Positions 11,975 to 27,100 of a stretch of DNA of 64,000 bases are shown piece after piece. The notes below the pieces were generated by a model, which ran no database searches, was not told the origin of the DNA, and worked only from the letters and a program-made list of their open reading frames with translations. The position numbers and the translations under genes are program-made. The stretch comes from the human T2T-CHM13v2.0 reference genome, Homo sapiens: NCBI RefSeq assembly GCF_009914755.1, contig NC_060933.1, one strand, 5' to 3'. Within the stretch, counting starts at the first letter, position 1; each line of letters begins with the position of its first letter.

Positions 11975-14900
11975 TTCCGGATGATTCCATTCCATTGCAT
12001 TCCATTCCATTACATTCCCCTGCACTCGGGTTGATTCCATTCCATTCCACTCCATTCCGTTCCATTCCATTCCATTCCATTGTATTCGGGTTAATTCCAT
12101 TCCATTCCATTCCATTCCATTCCATTCCATTCCATTCCATTACTATCGAGTTGATTCCATTCCATTCCATTCCATTCCAGTCCTTTCCATTCCATTCCAC
12201 TCGGGTTGATTCTATTCTATTAGATTCCATTCCATTCCATTCCCTTCCATTCCACTCTGGTTGATACCATTCCTTTCCATTCCACTCGAATACATTCCCT
12301 CCTATTCCACTCGGAACGATTCCATTCCATTCCATTCCATTCCATTCCATTCCATTCCATTCCATTCCATTCCATTTCGTTCCATTCCATTCTATTCCCT
12401 ATCATTCCATTCCATTCCATTCCATTCCATTCCATTCCATTCCATTCCATTCCATTACATTGTACTCAGGTTGATTCAATTCCATTGCATTCCATTCCAT
12501 TCCATTCCATTCCATTCCATTCCATTCCATTCCGTTCTATTCCATTCCATTACATTCGGATTGATTCTATTCAACTCCCTTACTCTCCATTACATTCCAT
12601 TCCATTCGGGTTGTTCCATTCCATTCCATTCCATTCCACTCCATTCCATTGCACTCGGGTTGATTCCATTCCATTCCATTCCATTCCATTCCATTCCATT
12701 CCATTCCATTCCATTCCGAATGATTCCATTCCATTGCATTCCGTTCCATTACATTCCCCTGTACTCGCGTTGATTCCATTCCATTCCATTCAATTCCGTT
12801 CCATTACAATTCGTTCCATTCCATTCTATTCCGTACAATTCCATTCCTTTCCATACCATTCCATTCCATTCCATTCCATTCCATTCCATTCCGTTGCATT
12901 CCGTTCCATTCCATTCCATTCCATTCTACTCGGATTAATTCCATTCCATTCCATTCCATTCCATTCCATTCCATTCTATTCCATTCCATTGCAATCGAGT
13001 TGAATCCATTGCATTCCATTCCATTCCATTCCATTCCATTCCATTCCATTCCATTCCGGAAGATTCCATTCCATTGCATTCCATTCCATTCCATTCCCCT
13101 GCACTCGCGTTGATTCCATTCCATTCCATTCCATTCCATTCCATTCCGTTCCGTACCATTCCATTCCATTCCATTCCATTCCATTCCGTTCCATTCCATT
13201 CCATTCCATTCTATTCGGGTTAATTCCATTCCATTCCATTCGATTGCAATCGAGTTGATTCCATTCCATTCTATTCCATTCCATTCCATTCCATTCCATT
13301 CCTTTCCATTCCATTACGGATGATTCCATTCCATTGCATTCCATTCCATTCCATTCCCCTGTACTCGGGTTGATTCCATTGCATTCCATTCCAATCCATG
13401 CCATTCCACTCGTGTTGATTCCATTCTTTCCATTCCATTCAAGTTGAATCCATTCCATTGCATTCCATTCCATTCCATTCCCCTGCAGTCGGGTTGATTC
13501 CATTCCCTTCCATTCGATTCCATTCCATTCCATTCCGTTCCGTTCCGTTCCATTCCATTCCATTCCATTCTATTCGGGTTAATTCCATTCCATTCCATTG
13601 CATTCCATTCCAATCGAGTTGATTCCATTCCATTCCATTCCATTCCATTCCACTCCATTCCAGTCCTTTCCATTCCATTCCACTCGGGTTGATTCCAATG
13701 TATTCCTTTCCATTCCATTCCATTCCATTGCATTCCGTTCCATTACATTCCCCTGCACTCGCGTTGATTCCATTCCATTCCATTCCATTCCATTCAATTC
13801 CATTCCATTACAATTCGTTCCATTCCATTCTATTCCGTACCATTCCAATCCATTCCATTCCAATCGAGTTGATTCCTTTCCATTCCATTCCATTCCATTC
13901 CACTCCATTCCAGTCCTTTCCATTCCATTCCACTCGGGGTGATTCCAATGTATTCCTTTCCATTCCATTCCATTCCATTGCAATCGAGTTGATTCCATTG
14001 CTTTGCATTCCATTCCATTCCATTCCATTCCGGATGATTCCATTCCATTGCATTCCATTCCATTCCATTCCCCTGCACTCGGGTTGATTCCATTCCATTC
14101 CACTCCATTCCGTACCATTCCATTCCATTCCATTCCATTGTATTCGGGTTAATTCCATTCCATTCCATTCCATTCCATTCCATTCCATTCCATTGCAATC
14201 GAGTTGATTCCATTCCATTTCATTCCATTCCATTCCATTACATTCCATTCCAATCGAGTTGATTCCATTCCATTTCATTCCATTCCATTCCATTCCATTC
14301 CATTCCATTCCATTCCAGTCCTTTCCATTCCATTCCACTCGGGTTGATTCCATTCTATTAGTTTCCATTCCATTCCATTCTCTTCCATTCCACTCTGGGT
14401 GATTCCATTCCTTTCCATTCCACTCGAATACATTCCCTCCTATTCTACTCGGAACGATTCCATTCCATTCCATTCCATTCCATTCCATTCCATTCCATTC
14501 CATTCCATTTCGTTCCATTCCATTCTGTTCCGTATCATTCCATTCCATTCCATTCCATTCCCTTTCATTCCATTCCATTACATTCCACTCGTGTTGATTC
14601 CATTCCTTTCCATTCCATTCGGTTTGAAGGCATTCCATTCCATTCCATTCCATTCCATTCCATTCCATTGTACTCGGGTTGATTCCATTCCATTGCATTC
14701 CATTCCATTCCAATCCGTTGCATTCCATTCCATTACATTCGGATTGATTCTATTCAACTCCCTTACTCTCCATTACATTCCATTCCATTCGGGTTGTTCC
14801 ATTCCATTCCATTCCGTTCCACTCCATTCCATTGCACTCGGGTTGATTCCATTCCATTCCATTCCATTCCATTCCATTCCGGATGATTCCGTTCCATTGC

Positions 14901-17900
14901 ATTCCGTTCCATTACATTCCCCTGCACTCGCGTTGATTCCATTCCATTCCATTCCATTCCATTCCATTCAATTCCATTCTATTACAATTCGTTCCATTCC
15001 ATTCTATTCCGTAGCATTCCATTCCATTCCATACCATTCCATTCCATTCCATTCCATTCCATTCCATTCCGTTCCGTTCCATTCCGTTCCATTCCATTCC
15101 ATTCCATTCTATTCGGGTTAATTCCATTCCATTCCATTCCAATCTATTCCATTCCATTGCAATCGAGTTGAATCCATTGCATTTCAATCCATTCCATTCC
15201 ATTCCATTCCATTCCATTCCATTGCAATCGAGTTGAATCCATTGCATTTCATTCCATTCCATTCCATTCCATTCCATTCCGGAAGATTCCATTCCATTGC
15301 ATTCCATTCCATTCCATTCCCCTGCACTCGCGTTGATTCCATTCCATTCCATTCCATTCCATTCCGTTCCGTTCCGTTCCATTTCATTCCATTCCATTCC
15401 ATTCCATTCAGTTCCGTTCCATTCCATTCCATTCCATTCTATTCGCGTTAATTCCATTCCATTCCATTCGATTGCAATCGAGTTGATTCCATTCCATTCC
15501 ATTCCATTCCGTTCCGGATGATTCCATTCTATTGCATTCCATTCCATTCCATTCCCCTGCAGTCGGGTTGATTCCATTCCATTCCATTCCATTCCATTCC
15601 ATTCCATTCCATTCCGGATGATTCCATTCCATTGCATTCCGTTCCATTACATTCCCCTGCACTCGCGTTGATTCCATTCCATTCCATTCCATTCAATTCC
15701 ATTCCATTACAATTCGTTCCATTCCATTCTATTCCGTTCCGTTCCATTCCATTCCATTCCATTCCATTCCGTTCCGTTCCATTCCATTGCATTCCATTCT
15801 ATTCGGGTTAATTCCATTCCATTCCATTCGATTGCAATCGAGTTGATTCCATTCCATTCCATTCCATTCCATTCCATTCCATTCCATTCCTTTCCATTCC
15901 GTTACGGATGATTCCATTCCATTGCATTCCATTCCAATCCATTCCCCTGTACTCGGGTTGATTCCATTCCATTCCATTCCAATCCATGCCATTCCACTCG
16001 TGTTGATTCCATTCTTTCCATTCCATTCAAGTTGAATCCATTCCATTGCATTCCATTCCATTCCATTCCCCTGCAGTCGGGTTGATTCCATTCCATTCCA
16101 TTCCATTCCAATCCATTCCATTCCACTCCGTTCCGTTCCATTCCATTCTATTCCATTCCATTATATTCGGGTTAATTCCATTCCATTCCATTCCATTCCA
16201 ATCGAGTTGATTCCATTCCATTCCATTCCATTCCATTCCACTCCATTCTAGTCCTTTCCATTCCATTCCACTCGGGTTGATTCCAATGTATTCCTTTCCA
16301 TTCCATTCCATTCCATTGCAATCGAGTTGATTCCATTGCTTTGCATTCCACTCCATTCCATTCCATTCCGGATGATTCCATTCCATTGCATTCCATTCCA
16401 TTCCATTCCCCTGCACTCGGGTTGATTCCATTCCATTCCACTCCATTCCGTTCCATTCCATTCCATGGCATTGTATTCGGGTTAATTCCATTCCATTCCA
16501 TTCCATTCCATTCCATTCCATCACAATCGGGTTGGTTCCATTCCATTCCATTCCATTCCATTCCATTCCATTCCATTCCGGATGATTCCATTCCATTACA
16601 TTCCGTTCCATTACATTCCCCTGCACTCGGGTTGATTCCATTCCATTCCATTCCATTCCATTCCATTCCATTCGATTCCATTCCATTCCAATTCTTTCCA
16701 TTCCATTCTCTTCCGTACCATTCCATTCCATTCCATACCATTCCATTCCATTCCATTCCATTCCGTTCCTTTCCGTTCCATTCCATTCCATTGCATTGTA
16801 TTCGGGTTAATTCCATTCCATTCCATTCCATTCTATTCCATTCCATTGCAATCGAGTTGAATCCATTGCATTCCATTCCATTCCATTCCATTCCATTCTG
16901 GAAGATTCCATTCCATTGCATTCCATTCCATTCCATTCCCCTGCACTCGCGTTGATTCCATTCCATTCCATTCCATTCCATTCCGTTCCGTTCCGTTCCG
17001 TTCCATTCCATTCCATTCCTTTCTATTCGGTTTAATTCCATTCCTTTCCATTCCATTCCATTCCATTCCATTCCAATCAAGTTGATTCCATTCCATTCCA
17101 TTCCATTCCATTCCATTCCGTTCCGTTCCATTCCATTCCATTCCATTCCATTCCATTCCGGATGATTCCATTCCATTGCATTCCGTTCCATTACATTCCC
17201 CTGCACTCGCGTTGATTCCATTCCATTCCATTCCATTCCATTCAATTCCATTCCATTACAATTCGTTCCATTCCATTCTATTCCGTACCATTCCATTCCA
17301 TTCAATTCCAATCGAGTTGATTCCTTTCCATTCCATTCCATTCCATTCCACTCCATTCCAGTCCTTTCCATTCCATTCCACTCGGGGTGATTCCAATGTA
17401 TTCCTTTCCATTCCATTCCATTCCATTGCAATCGAGTTGATTCCATTGCTTTGCATTCCATTCCATTCCATTCCATTCCGGATGATTCCATTCCATTGCA
17501 TTCCATTCCATTACATTCCCCTGCACTCGGGTTGATTCCATTCCATTCCACTCCATTCCGTTCCATTCCATTCCATTCCATTGTATTCGGGTTAATTCCA
17601 TTCCATTCCATTCCATTCCATTCCATTACAATCGAGTTGATTCCATTCCATTCCATTCCATTCCAGTCCTTTCCATTCCATTCCACTCGGGTTGATTCCA
17701 TTCTATTAGATTCCATTCCATTCCATTCCCTTCCATTCCACTCTGGTTGATACCATTCCTTTCCATTCCACTCGAATACATTCCCTCCTATTCCACTCGG
17801 AACGATTCCATTCCATTCCATTCCATTCCATTCCATTCCATTCCATTCCATTCCATTTCGTTCCATTCCATTCTATTCCGTATCATTCCATTCCATTCCA

Positions 17901-20900
17901 TTCCATTCCATTCCATTCCATTCCATTCCATTCCATTCCATTGTACTCAGGTTGATTCAATTCCATTGCATTCCATTCCATTCCATTCCATTCCATTCCA
18001 TTCCATTCCGTTCTATTCCATTCCATTACATTCGGATTGATTCTATTCAACTCCCTTACTCTCCATTACATTCCATTCCATTCGGGTTGTTCCATTCCAT
18101 TCCATTCCATTCCACTCCATTCCATTGCACTCGGGTTGATTCCATTCCATTCCATTCCATTCCATTCCATTCCATTCCATTCCGAATGATTCCATTCCAT
18201 TGCATTCCGTTCCATTACATTCCCCTGTACTCGCGTTGATTCCATTCCATTCCATTCAATTCCGTTCCATTACAATTCGTTCCATTCCATTCTATTCCGT
18301 ACAATTCCATTCCTTTCCATACCATTCCATTCCATTCCATTCCATTCCATTCCGTTGCATTCCGTTCCATTCCATTCCATTCCATTCTACTCGGATTAAT
18401 TCCATTCCATTCCATTCCATTCCATTCCATTCCATTCAATTCCATTCCATTGCAATCGAGTTGAATCCATTGCATTCCATTCCATTCCATTCCATTCCAT
18501 TCCATTCCGGAAGATTCCATTCCATTGCATTCCATTCCATTCCATTCCCCTGCACTCGCGTTGATTCCATTCCATTCCATTCCATTCCATTCCATTCCAT
18601 TCCATTCCGTTCCGTTCCATTCCATTCCATTCCATTCCATTCCATTCCGTTCCATTCCATTCCATTCCATTCTATTCGGGTTAATTCCATTCCATTCCAT
18701 TCGATTGCAATCGTGTTGATTCCATTCCATTCTATTCCATTCCATTCCATTCCATTCCATTCCTTTCCATTCCATTACGGATGATTCCATTCCATTGCAT
18801 TCCATTCCATTCCATTCCCCTGTACTCGGGTTGATTCCATTGCATTCCATTCCAATCCATGCCATTCCACTCGTGTTGATTCCATTCTTTCCATTCCATT
18901 CAAGTTGAATCCATTCCATTGCATTCCATTCCATTCCATTCCCCTGCAGTCGGGTTGATTCCATTCCCTTCCATTCGATTCCATTCCATTCCATTCCGTT
19001 CCGTTCCGTTCCATTCCATTCCATTCCATTCTATTCGGGTTAATTCCATTCCATTCCATTGCATTCCATTCCAATCGAGTTGATTCCATTCCATTCCATT
19101 CCATTCCATTCCACTCCATTCCAGTCCTTTCCATTCCATTCCACTCGGGTTGATTCCAATGTATTCCTTTCCATTCCATTCCATTCCATTGCATTCCGTT
19201 CCATTACATTCCCCTGCACTCGCGTTGATTCCATTCCATTCCATTCCATTCCATTCAATTCCATTCCATTACAATTCGTTCCATTCCATTCTATTCCGTA
19301 CCATTCCATTCCATTCCATTCCAATCGAGTTGATTCCTTTCCATTCCATTCCATTCCATTCCACTCCATTCCAGTCCTTTCCATTCCATTCCACTCGGGG
19401 TGATTCCAATGTATTCCTTTCCATTCCATTCCATTCCATTGCAATCGAGTTGATTCCATTGCTTTGCATTCCATTCCATTCCATTCCATTCCGGATGATT
19501 CCATTCCATTGCATTCCATTCCATTCCATTCCCCTGCACTCGGGTTGATTCCATTCCATTCCACTCCATTCCGTACCATTCCATTCCATTCCATTCCATT
19601 GTATTCGGGTTAATTCCATTCCATTCCATTCCATTCCATTCCATTCCATTCCATTGCAATCGAGTTGATTACATTCCATTTCATTCCATTCCATTCCATT
19701 ACATTCCATTCCAATCGAGTTGATTCCATTCCATTTCATTCCATTCCATTCCATTCCATTCCATTCCATTCCATTCCATTCCATTCCTTTCCATTCCATT
19801 CCACTCGGGTTGATTCCATTCTATTAGTTTCCATTCCATTCCATTCTCTTCCATTCCACTCTGGGTGATTCCATTCCTTTCCATTCCACTCGAATACATT
19901 CCCTCCTATTCTACTCGGAACGATTCCATTCCATTCCATTCCATTCCATTCCATTCCATTCCATTACATTCCACTCGTGTTGATTCCATTCCTTTCCATT
20001 CCATTCGGTTTGAAGGCATTCCATTCCATTCCATTCCATTCCATTCCATTCCATTGTACTCGGGTTGATTCCATTCCATTGCATTCCATTCCATTCCAAT
20101 CCGTTGCATTCCATTCCATTACATTCGGATTGATTCTATTCAACTCCCTTACTCTCCATTACATTCCATTCCATTCGGGTTGTTCCATTCCATTCCATTC
20201 CGTTCCACTCCATTCCATTGCACTCGGGTTGATTCCATTCCATTCCATTCCATTCCATTCCATTCCGGATGATTCCGTTCCATTGCATTCCGTTCCATTA
20301 CATTCCCCTGCACTCGCGTTGATTCCATTCCATTCCATTCCATTCCATTCCATTCAATTCCATTCTATTACAATTCGTTCCATTCCATTCTATTCCGTAG
20401 CATTCCATTCCATTCCATACCATTCCATTCCATTCCATTCCATTCCATTCCATTCCGTTCCGTTCCATTCCGTTCCATTCCATTCCATTCCATTCTATTC
20501 GGGTTACTTCCATTCCATTCCATTCCAATCTATTCCATTCCATTGCAATCGAGTTGAATCCATTGCATTTCAATCCATTCCATTCCATTCCATTCCATTC
20601 CATTGCAATCGAGTTGAATCCATTGCATTTCATTCCATTCCATTCCATTCCATTCCATTCCGGAAGATTCCATTCCATTGCATTCCATTCCATTCCATTC
20701 CCCTGCACTCGCGTTGATTCCATTCCATTCCATTCCATTCCATTCCATTCCGTTCCGTTCCGTTCCATTTCATTCCATTCCATTCCATTCCATTCAGTTC
20801 CGTTCCATTCCATTCCATTCCATTCTATTCGGGTTAATTCCATTCCATTCCATTCGATTGCAATCGAGTTGATTCCATTCCATTCCATTCCATTCCGTTC

Positions 20901-20985
20901 CGGATGATTCCATTCTATTGCATTCCATTCCATTCCATTCCCCTGCAGTCGGGTTGATTCCATTCCATTCCATTCCATTCCATTC
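11975..20985 (+). repeat. Direct duplication D2: about 11975-15600 repeated at about 17475-20985 (offset about 5.39-5.50 kb)
   Basis: Identical ORF pairs 13314/18775 and 13439/18900 (offset 5461) and 14763/20149 (5386). Shared starts at 12261/17747 (5486) and 14399/19865 (5466). Confidence 0.9.
13053..20671 (-). promoter_or_regulatory. Five perfect three-unit heat shock element motifs (nGAAnnTTCnnGAAn on the - strand)
   Basis: attccggaagattcc at 13053, 15276, 18504 and 20657, and attctggaagattcc at 16895. The motif match is direct; function is inferred. Confidence 0.6.
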
Positions 20986-21199
20986 CATTCCATTCCATTC
21001 CGTTCCATTCCATTCCATTCCATTCTATTCAGGTTAATTCCATTCCATTCCTTTCCATTCCATTCCATTCCATTCCAATCGAGTTGATTCCATTCCATTC
21101 CATTCCATTCCATTCCACTCCATTCCAGTCCTTTCCATTCCATTACACTCGGGTTGATTCCGTTCTATTCCTTTCCATTCCATTCCATTCCATTGCAAT

Positions 21200-24100
21200 C
21201 GAGTTGATTCCATTGCTTTGCATTCTATTCCATTCCATTCCATTCCGGATGATTCCATTCCATTGCATTCCATTCCATTCCATTCCCCTGCACTCGGGTT
21301 GATTCCATTCCATTCCACTCCATTCCGTTCCATTCTAGTCCATTCCATTGTATTCGGGTTAATTCCATTCCATTCCATTCCATTCCATTCCATTACAATG
21401 TAGTTGATTCCATTCCATTCCATTCCATTCCATTCCATTCCAGTCCTTTCCATTCCATTCCACTCGGGTTGATTCCATTCTATTAGTTTCGATTCCATTC
21501 CATTCCCTTCCATTCCAATCTGGTTGATTCCATTCCTTTCCATTCCACTCGAATACATTCCCTCGTATTCCACTCAGAACGATTCCATTCCATTCCATTC
21601 CATTCCATTCCATTCCATTCCATTCCATTCCAGTTCGTTCCATTCCATTCTATTCCGTACCATTCTATTCCATTCCATTCCTTTCCATCCCATTCCATTC
21701 CACTCGTGGTGATTCCATTCCTTTCCATTCCATTCGGTTTGAAGGCATTCCATTCCATTCAATTCCATTCCATTCCATTCCATTCCATTCCATTCCATTG
21801 TACTCGAGTTGATTCCATTCCATTGCATTCAATTCCATTCCATTCCATTCCATTGTACTCGAGTTGATTCCATTCCATTGCATTCCATTCCATTCCATTC
21901 CATTCCATTCTGTAGCATTCCATTCCATTACATTCGGATTGATTCTATTCAACTCCCTTACTCTCCATTACATTCCATTCCATTCGGGTTGTTCCATTCC
22001 ATTCCATTCCATTCCACTCCATTCCATTGCACTCGGGTTGATTCCATTCCATTCCATTCCATTCCATTCCATTCCGGATGATTCCATTCCATTGCATTCC
22101 GTTCCATTACATTCCCCTGCACTCGCGTTGATTCCATTCCATTCCATTCCATTCCATTCAATTCCATTCCATTGCAATTCGTTCCATTCCATTCTATTCC
22201 GTACCATTCCATTCCATTCCGTTCCATTCTGTTCCTTTCCATTCCATTCCATTCTATTCGGATTAATTCCATTCCATTCCATTCCGTTCCATTCCATTCC
22301 ATTCCATTCCTTTCCATTCCATTACATTCCATTTCGTTCCATTCCATTCTATTCCGTACGATTCCATTGCATTCCATTCCATTCCATTCCTTTGCATTCC
22401 ATTGAAATCGAGTTGATTCCATTCCATTCCGTTCCATTCCATTCCATTCCATTCCATTCCGGATGATTCCATTCCACTGCATTCCATTCCATTAAATTCC
22501 CCTGCACTTGGGGTGATTCCTTTCCATTCTATTCTATTCCATTCCATTCCATTCCATTTCATTGCAATCGAGTTGATTCCATTGCATTCCATTCCATTCC
22601 ATTCCAGTCCTTTCCATTCCATTCCACTCGGGTTGATTCCATTCTATTCCTTTCCATTCCATTCGATTCCATTCCATTCCACTCTGGTTGATACCATTCC
22701 TTTTCATTCCACTCGAAAACATTCCCTTCTATTCCACTCGGAATGATTCCATTCCATTCCATTCCATTCCATTCCATTCCGTTTCGTTCCATTACATTCT
22801 ATTCCGTACCATTCCACTCCATTCCATTCCATTCCATTCCATGCCATTCCTCTCGGGTTGATTCCATTCCTTTCCATTCCATTAGGGTTGAATCCATTCC
22901 ATTCCATTCCATTCCATTCCATTCCATTCCATTCCATGCCATTCCACTCGGGTTGATTCCATTCCTTTCCATTCCATTCGAGTTGAATCCATTCCATTCC
23001 ATTCCATTCCATTCGATTCCATTCCATTGCACACGGGTTCATTTCATTCCATTCCATTCCATTCCATTTAGTTCCATTCCATTCTATTCCATACCATTCC
23101 ATTCCATTGCATTCCATTCCACTCCATTCCATGCTATTCCTCTCGGGTTTATTCCATTCCTTTCCATTCCATTCGGATTGAATCCATTCCTTTCCATTCA
23201 ATTCCATTCCACTCGATTCCATTACATTGCAGTCGTGTTGTTTCCATTCCATTCCATTCCATTCCATTTCATTCTATTCCATTCCATTCCATTCCATTCC
23301 ATTCCATTCCATTCCATGCCATTCCACTCGGGTTGATTCCATTCCTTTCCATTCCATTCGAGTTGAAACCATTCCATTCCATTCCATTCCATTCTATTCC
23401 ATTCCATTCCAATCCATTGCACACGGGTTCATTCCATTCCATTCCATTCCATTCCATTCCATTCCATTCCATTCCATTCCATTTCGTTCCATTCCATTCT
23501 ATTCCGTACCATTCCATTCCATTCCATTCCATTCCATTCCATGCCATTCCACTCGGTTTTTTCCATTCCTTTCCATTCCATTCGGGTTGAATCCATTCCT
23601 TTCCATTCCATTCCGTTCAATTCCATTCCATTGCACTCGGGTTGATTCCATTCCATTCCATGCCATTCCATTTCATTCCGTTCCATTCCATTCCATTACT
23701 TTCGGATTGATTCTTTTCAATTCCCTTACACTCCATTTCATTCCATTCCATTCGGGTAGTTTCCTTTCCATTCCATTCCATTCCACTCCATTGCATTGCA
23801 CTCGGGTTGATAGATTCCATTCCATTCCATTCCATTCCATTCCATTCCATTCCATTCCATTCCGGATGAATCCATTCCATTGCATTCCATTCCATTCCAT
23901 TCCCCTGCACACGGGTTGATTCCATTCCATTCCATTCCATTCCATTCCGTTCCATTCCATTCCATTCCATTCCATTCTGTTCAGGTTAATTCCATTCCAT
24001 TCCATTCCATTCCATTCCATTCCATTCCATTCCATTCCATTCCATTGCAATCGAGTTGTTTCCATTGCATTCCTTTCCATTCCATTCCATTGCATTCCAT

Positions 24101-27100
24101 TGCATTCCATTCCCATGCACTCAGGTTGATTCCATTCCATTCCATTCCATTCCATTCCATTCCATTCCGGATGATTCCATTCCATTGCCTTCCATTCCAC
24201 TCCATTCCCCTGCACTCGGGTTGATTCCATTCCATTCCATTCCATTCCATTCCATTCCATTCCATTCCATTCCATTCAACTGCACTAGGTTTGATTCCAT
24301 TCCACTGCATTCCATTCCATTCCATTCCATTCCACTCCATTCCATTCCATTCCCCCGCACTCGGGTTCATTCCATTCCATTGCATTTACTTCCATTCCAT
24401 TCCATTCCATTCCATTCCATTCCATTCCATTAGACTCCATTCCATGCCATTCCACTCGGTTTTATTCCATTCGTTTCCATTCCATTCGGGATGAATCCAT
24501 TACATTCCATTACATTCGATTCCATTACATTGCACTCGTGTTGATTCCATTCCATTCCATTCCATTCCATTCCATTCCATGCCATTCCACTCGGGTTGAT
24601 TTCATTCCATTCCGTTCCATTCGAGTCGAACCCATTCCATTCCATTCCATTCCATTCCATTCCATTCCAATCCATTGCACACGGGTTCATTCCATTCCAT
24701 TCCATTCCATTCCATTCCATTCCATTTCGTTCCATTCCATTCTATTCGGTACCATTCCATTCCATTCCATTCGGTACCATTCCATTCCATTCCATTCCAA
24801 TCCATTCCATTCCATGCCATTCCACTTGGGTTGATTCCCTTCCTTTCCATTCCATTCGGGTTGAATCCATTCCATTCCATTCCATTCCATTCCATTCCAT
24901 TCCATTCCATTCCATTCCTTTCAATTCCATTGCACACGGGTTGGTTCCATTCCATTCCTTTCCGTTCCATTCCGGATGACTCCATTCCATTGCATTCCAT
25001 TCCATTCCATTCCCCTGCACTCGGGTTCATTACCTTCCATTCCATTTACTTCCATTCCATTCCATTCCATTCTATTCGGGTTAATTCCATTCCATTCCAT
25101 TCCATTCTATTCGGGTTAATTCCATTCCATTCCATTCCATTCCATTCCATTCCATTCCATTCCATTCCATTCCATTGCAATCGAGTTGATTCCATTCCAT
25201 TCCATTCAATTCCGGATGATTCCATTCCATTGCCTTCAATTCCATTCCATTCCCCTGCACTCGGGTTGATTCCATTCCATTCCATTCCATTCCATTCCAT
25301 TCCATTCCATTCCATTTCATTCCATTCCATTTCGTTCCTTTCCATTCTATTCCGTACCATTCCATTCCATTCCATTCCATTCCATTCCATTCCATTCCAT
25401 GCCATTCCACTCGGGTTGATTCCATTCCTTTCCATTCCATTCGAGTTGAATCCATTCCAATCCATTCCATTCCATTCGATTCCATTCCATTGCACACGGG
25501 TTCATTCTATTCCATTCCATTCCATTCCATTCCATTCCATTCCATTCCATTTCGTTCCATTCCATTATATTCCGTACCATTCCATTCCATTCCATTCCAT
25601 TCCATTCCACTCCACTCCATGCCATTCCACTCGGGTTTATTCCATTCCTTTCCATTCCATTCGGGTTGAATCCATTCCATTCCATTCCATTCCATTCGAT
25701 TCCATTACATTGCACTCGGGTTGATTCCATTCCTTTCCATTCCATTCCATTCCACTCCATTCCATGCCATTCCACGCGGGTTTATTCCATTCCTTTCCAT
25801 TCCATTCGTGTTGAATCCATTCCATTCCATTCCATTCCATTCGATTCCATTACACTGCACTCGGGTTGATTCCATTCCATTCCATTACATTCCATTTCAT
25901 TCCATTCCATTCCATTCCATTCCATTCCATTCCATTCCATTCCATGCCATTCCACTCGTGTTGATTCCATTCCTTTGCATTCCATTCGTGTTGAACCCAT
26001 TCCATTCCATTCCATTCCATTGCACACAGGTTCATTCCATTCCATTCCATTCCATTCCATTCCATTCCATTCCGTTCCATTCCATTCCATTCCATTCCAT
26101 TCCATTCCATTCCATTTCGTTCCATTCCATTCTATTCTGTACCATTCCATTCCATTCCATTCCACTCCATTCCATGCCATTCCACTCGGGTTTATTCCAT
26201 TCCTTTTCATTCCATTTGGGTTGAATCCATTCCATTCCATTCCATTCCTTTCGATTCCATTATATTGCACACGGGTTGATTCCATTCCATTCCATTCCGT
26301 TCCATTCAGGATGACTCCATTCCATTGCATTCCATTCCATTCCATTCCCCTGCACTCGGGTTCATTACATTCCATTCCATTCCCATCCACTCCATTCCAT
26401 TCCATTCCATTCCATTCCATTTCAATCGAGTTGATTCCATTCCATTCCATTCCATTCCATTCCATTCCGGATGATTCCATTCCATTGCCTTCCATTCCAC
26501 TCCATTCCCCTGCACTCGGGTTGATTCCATTCCATTCCATTCCATTCCATTCCATTCCATTCCATTTCTTTCCATTCCACTCTATTCCGTACCATTCCAT
26601 TCCATTCCTTTCCATTCCAATCCATGCTATTCCACTCGGGTCGATTCCATTCCTTTCCATTCCATTCGAGTTGAATGCATTCCATTCCATTCCATTCCAT
26701 TCGATTCCATTCCATTGCACACGGGTTCATTTCATTCCATTCCATTCCATTCCATTCCATTCCAATCCATTCCATTTCGTTCCATTCCATTCTATTCCGT
26801 ACCATTCCATTCCATTCCATTCCATTCCATTCCACTGCATTCTATTGCACTCGGGTTGATTGACTCCATTCCATTGCATTCCATTCCATTCCATTCCATT
26901 CCATTCCATTCCATTCTGTTCAGGTTAATTCCATTCCATTCCATTCCCTTCCATTCCATTCCATTCCATTCCATCCCATTGCAATCGAGGTGATTCCATT
27001 GCATTCCATTCCATTCCATTCCATTCCATTGCATTCCCCTGCACTCAGATTGATTCCATTGCATTCCTTTCCATTCCATTCCGTTCCATTCCTTTCCATT

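Noticed and set aside
16172-17866. Longest ORF (564 aa, - strand) and all other ORFs in the track
   Set aside because: These are pure MEWNG/IPFHS repeat translations. ORFs overlap in multiple frames on both strands and show no domain-like content, as expected for a stop-poor pentamer repeat.
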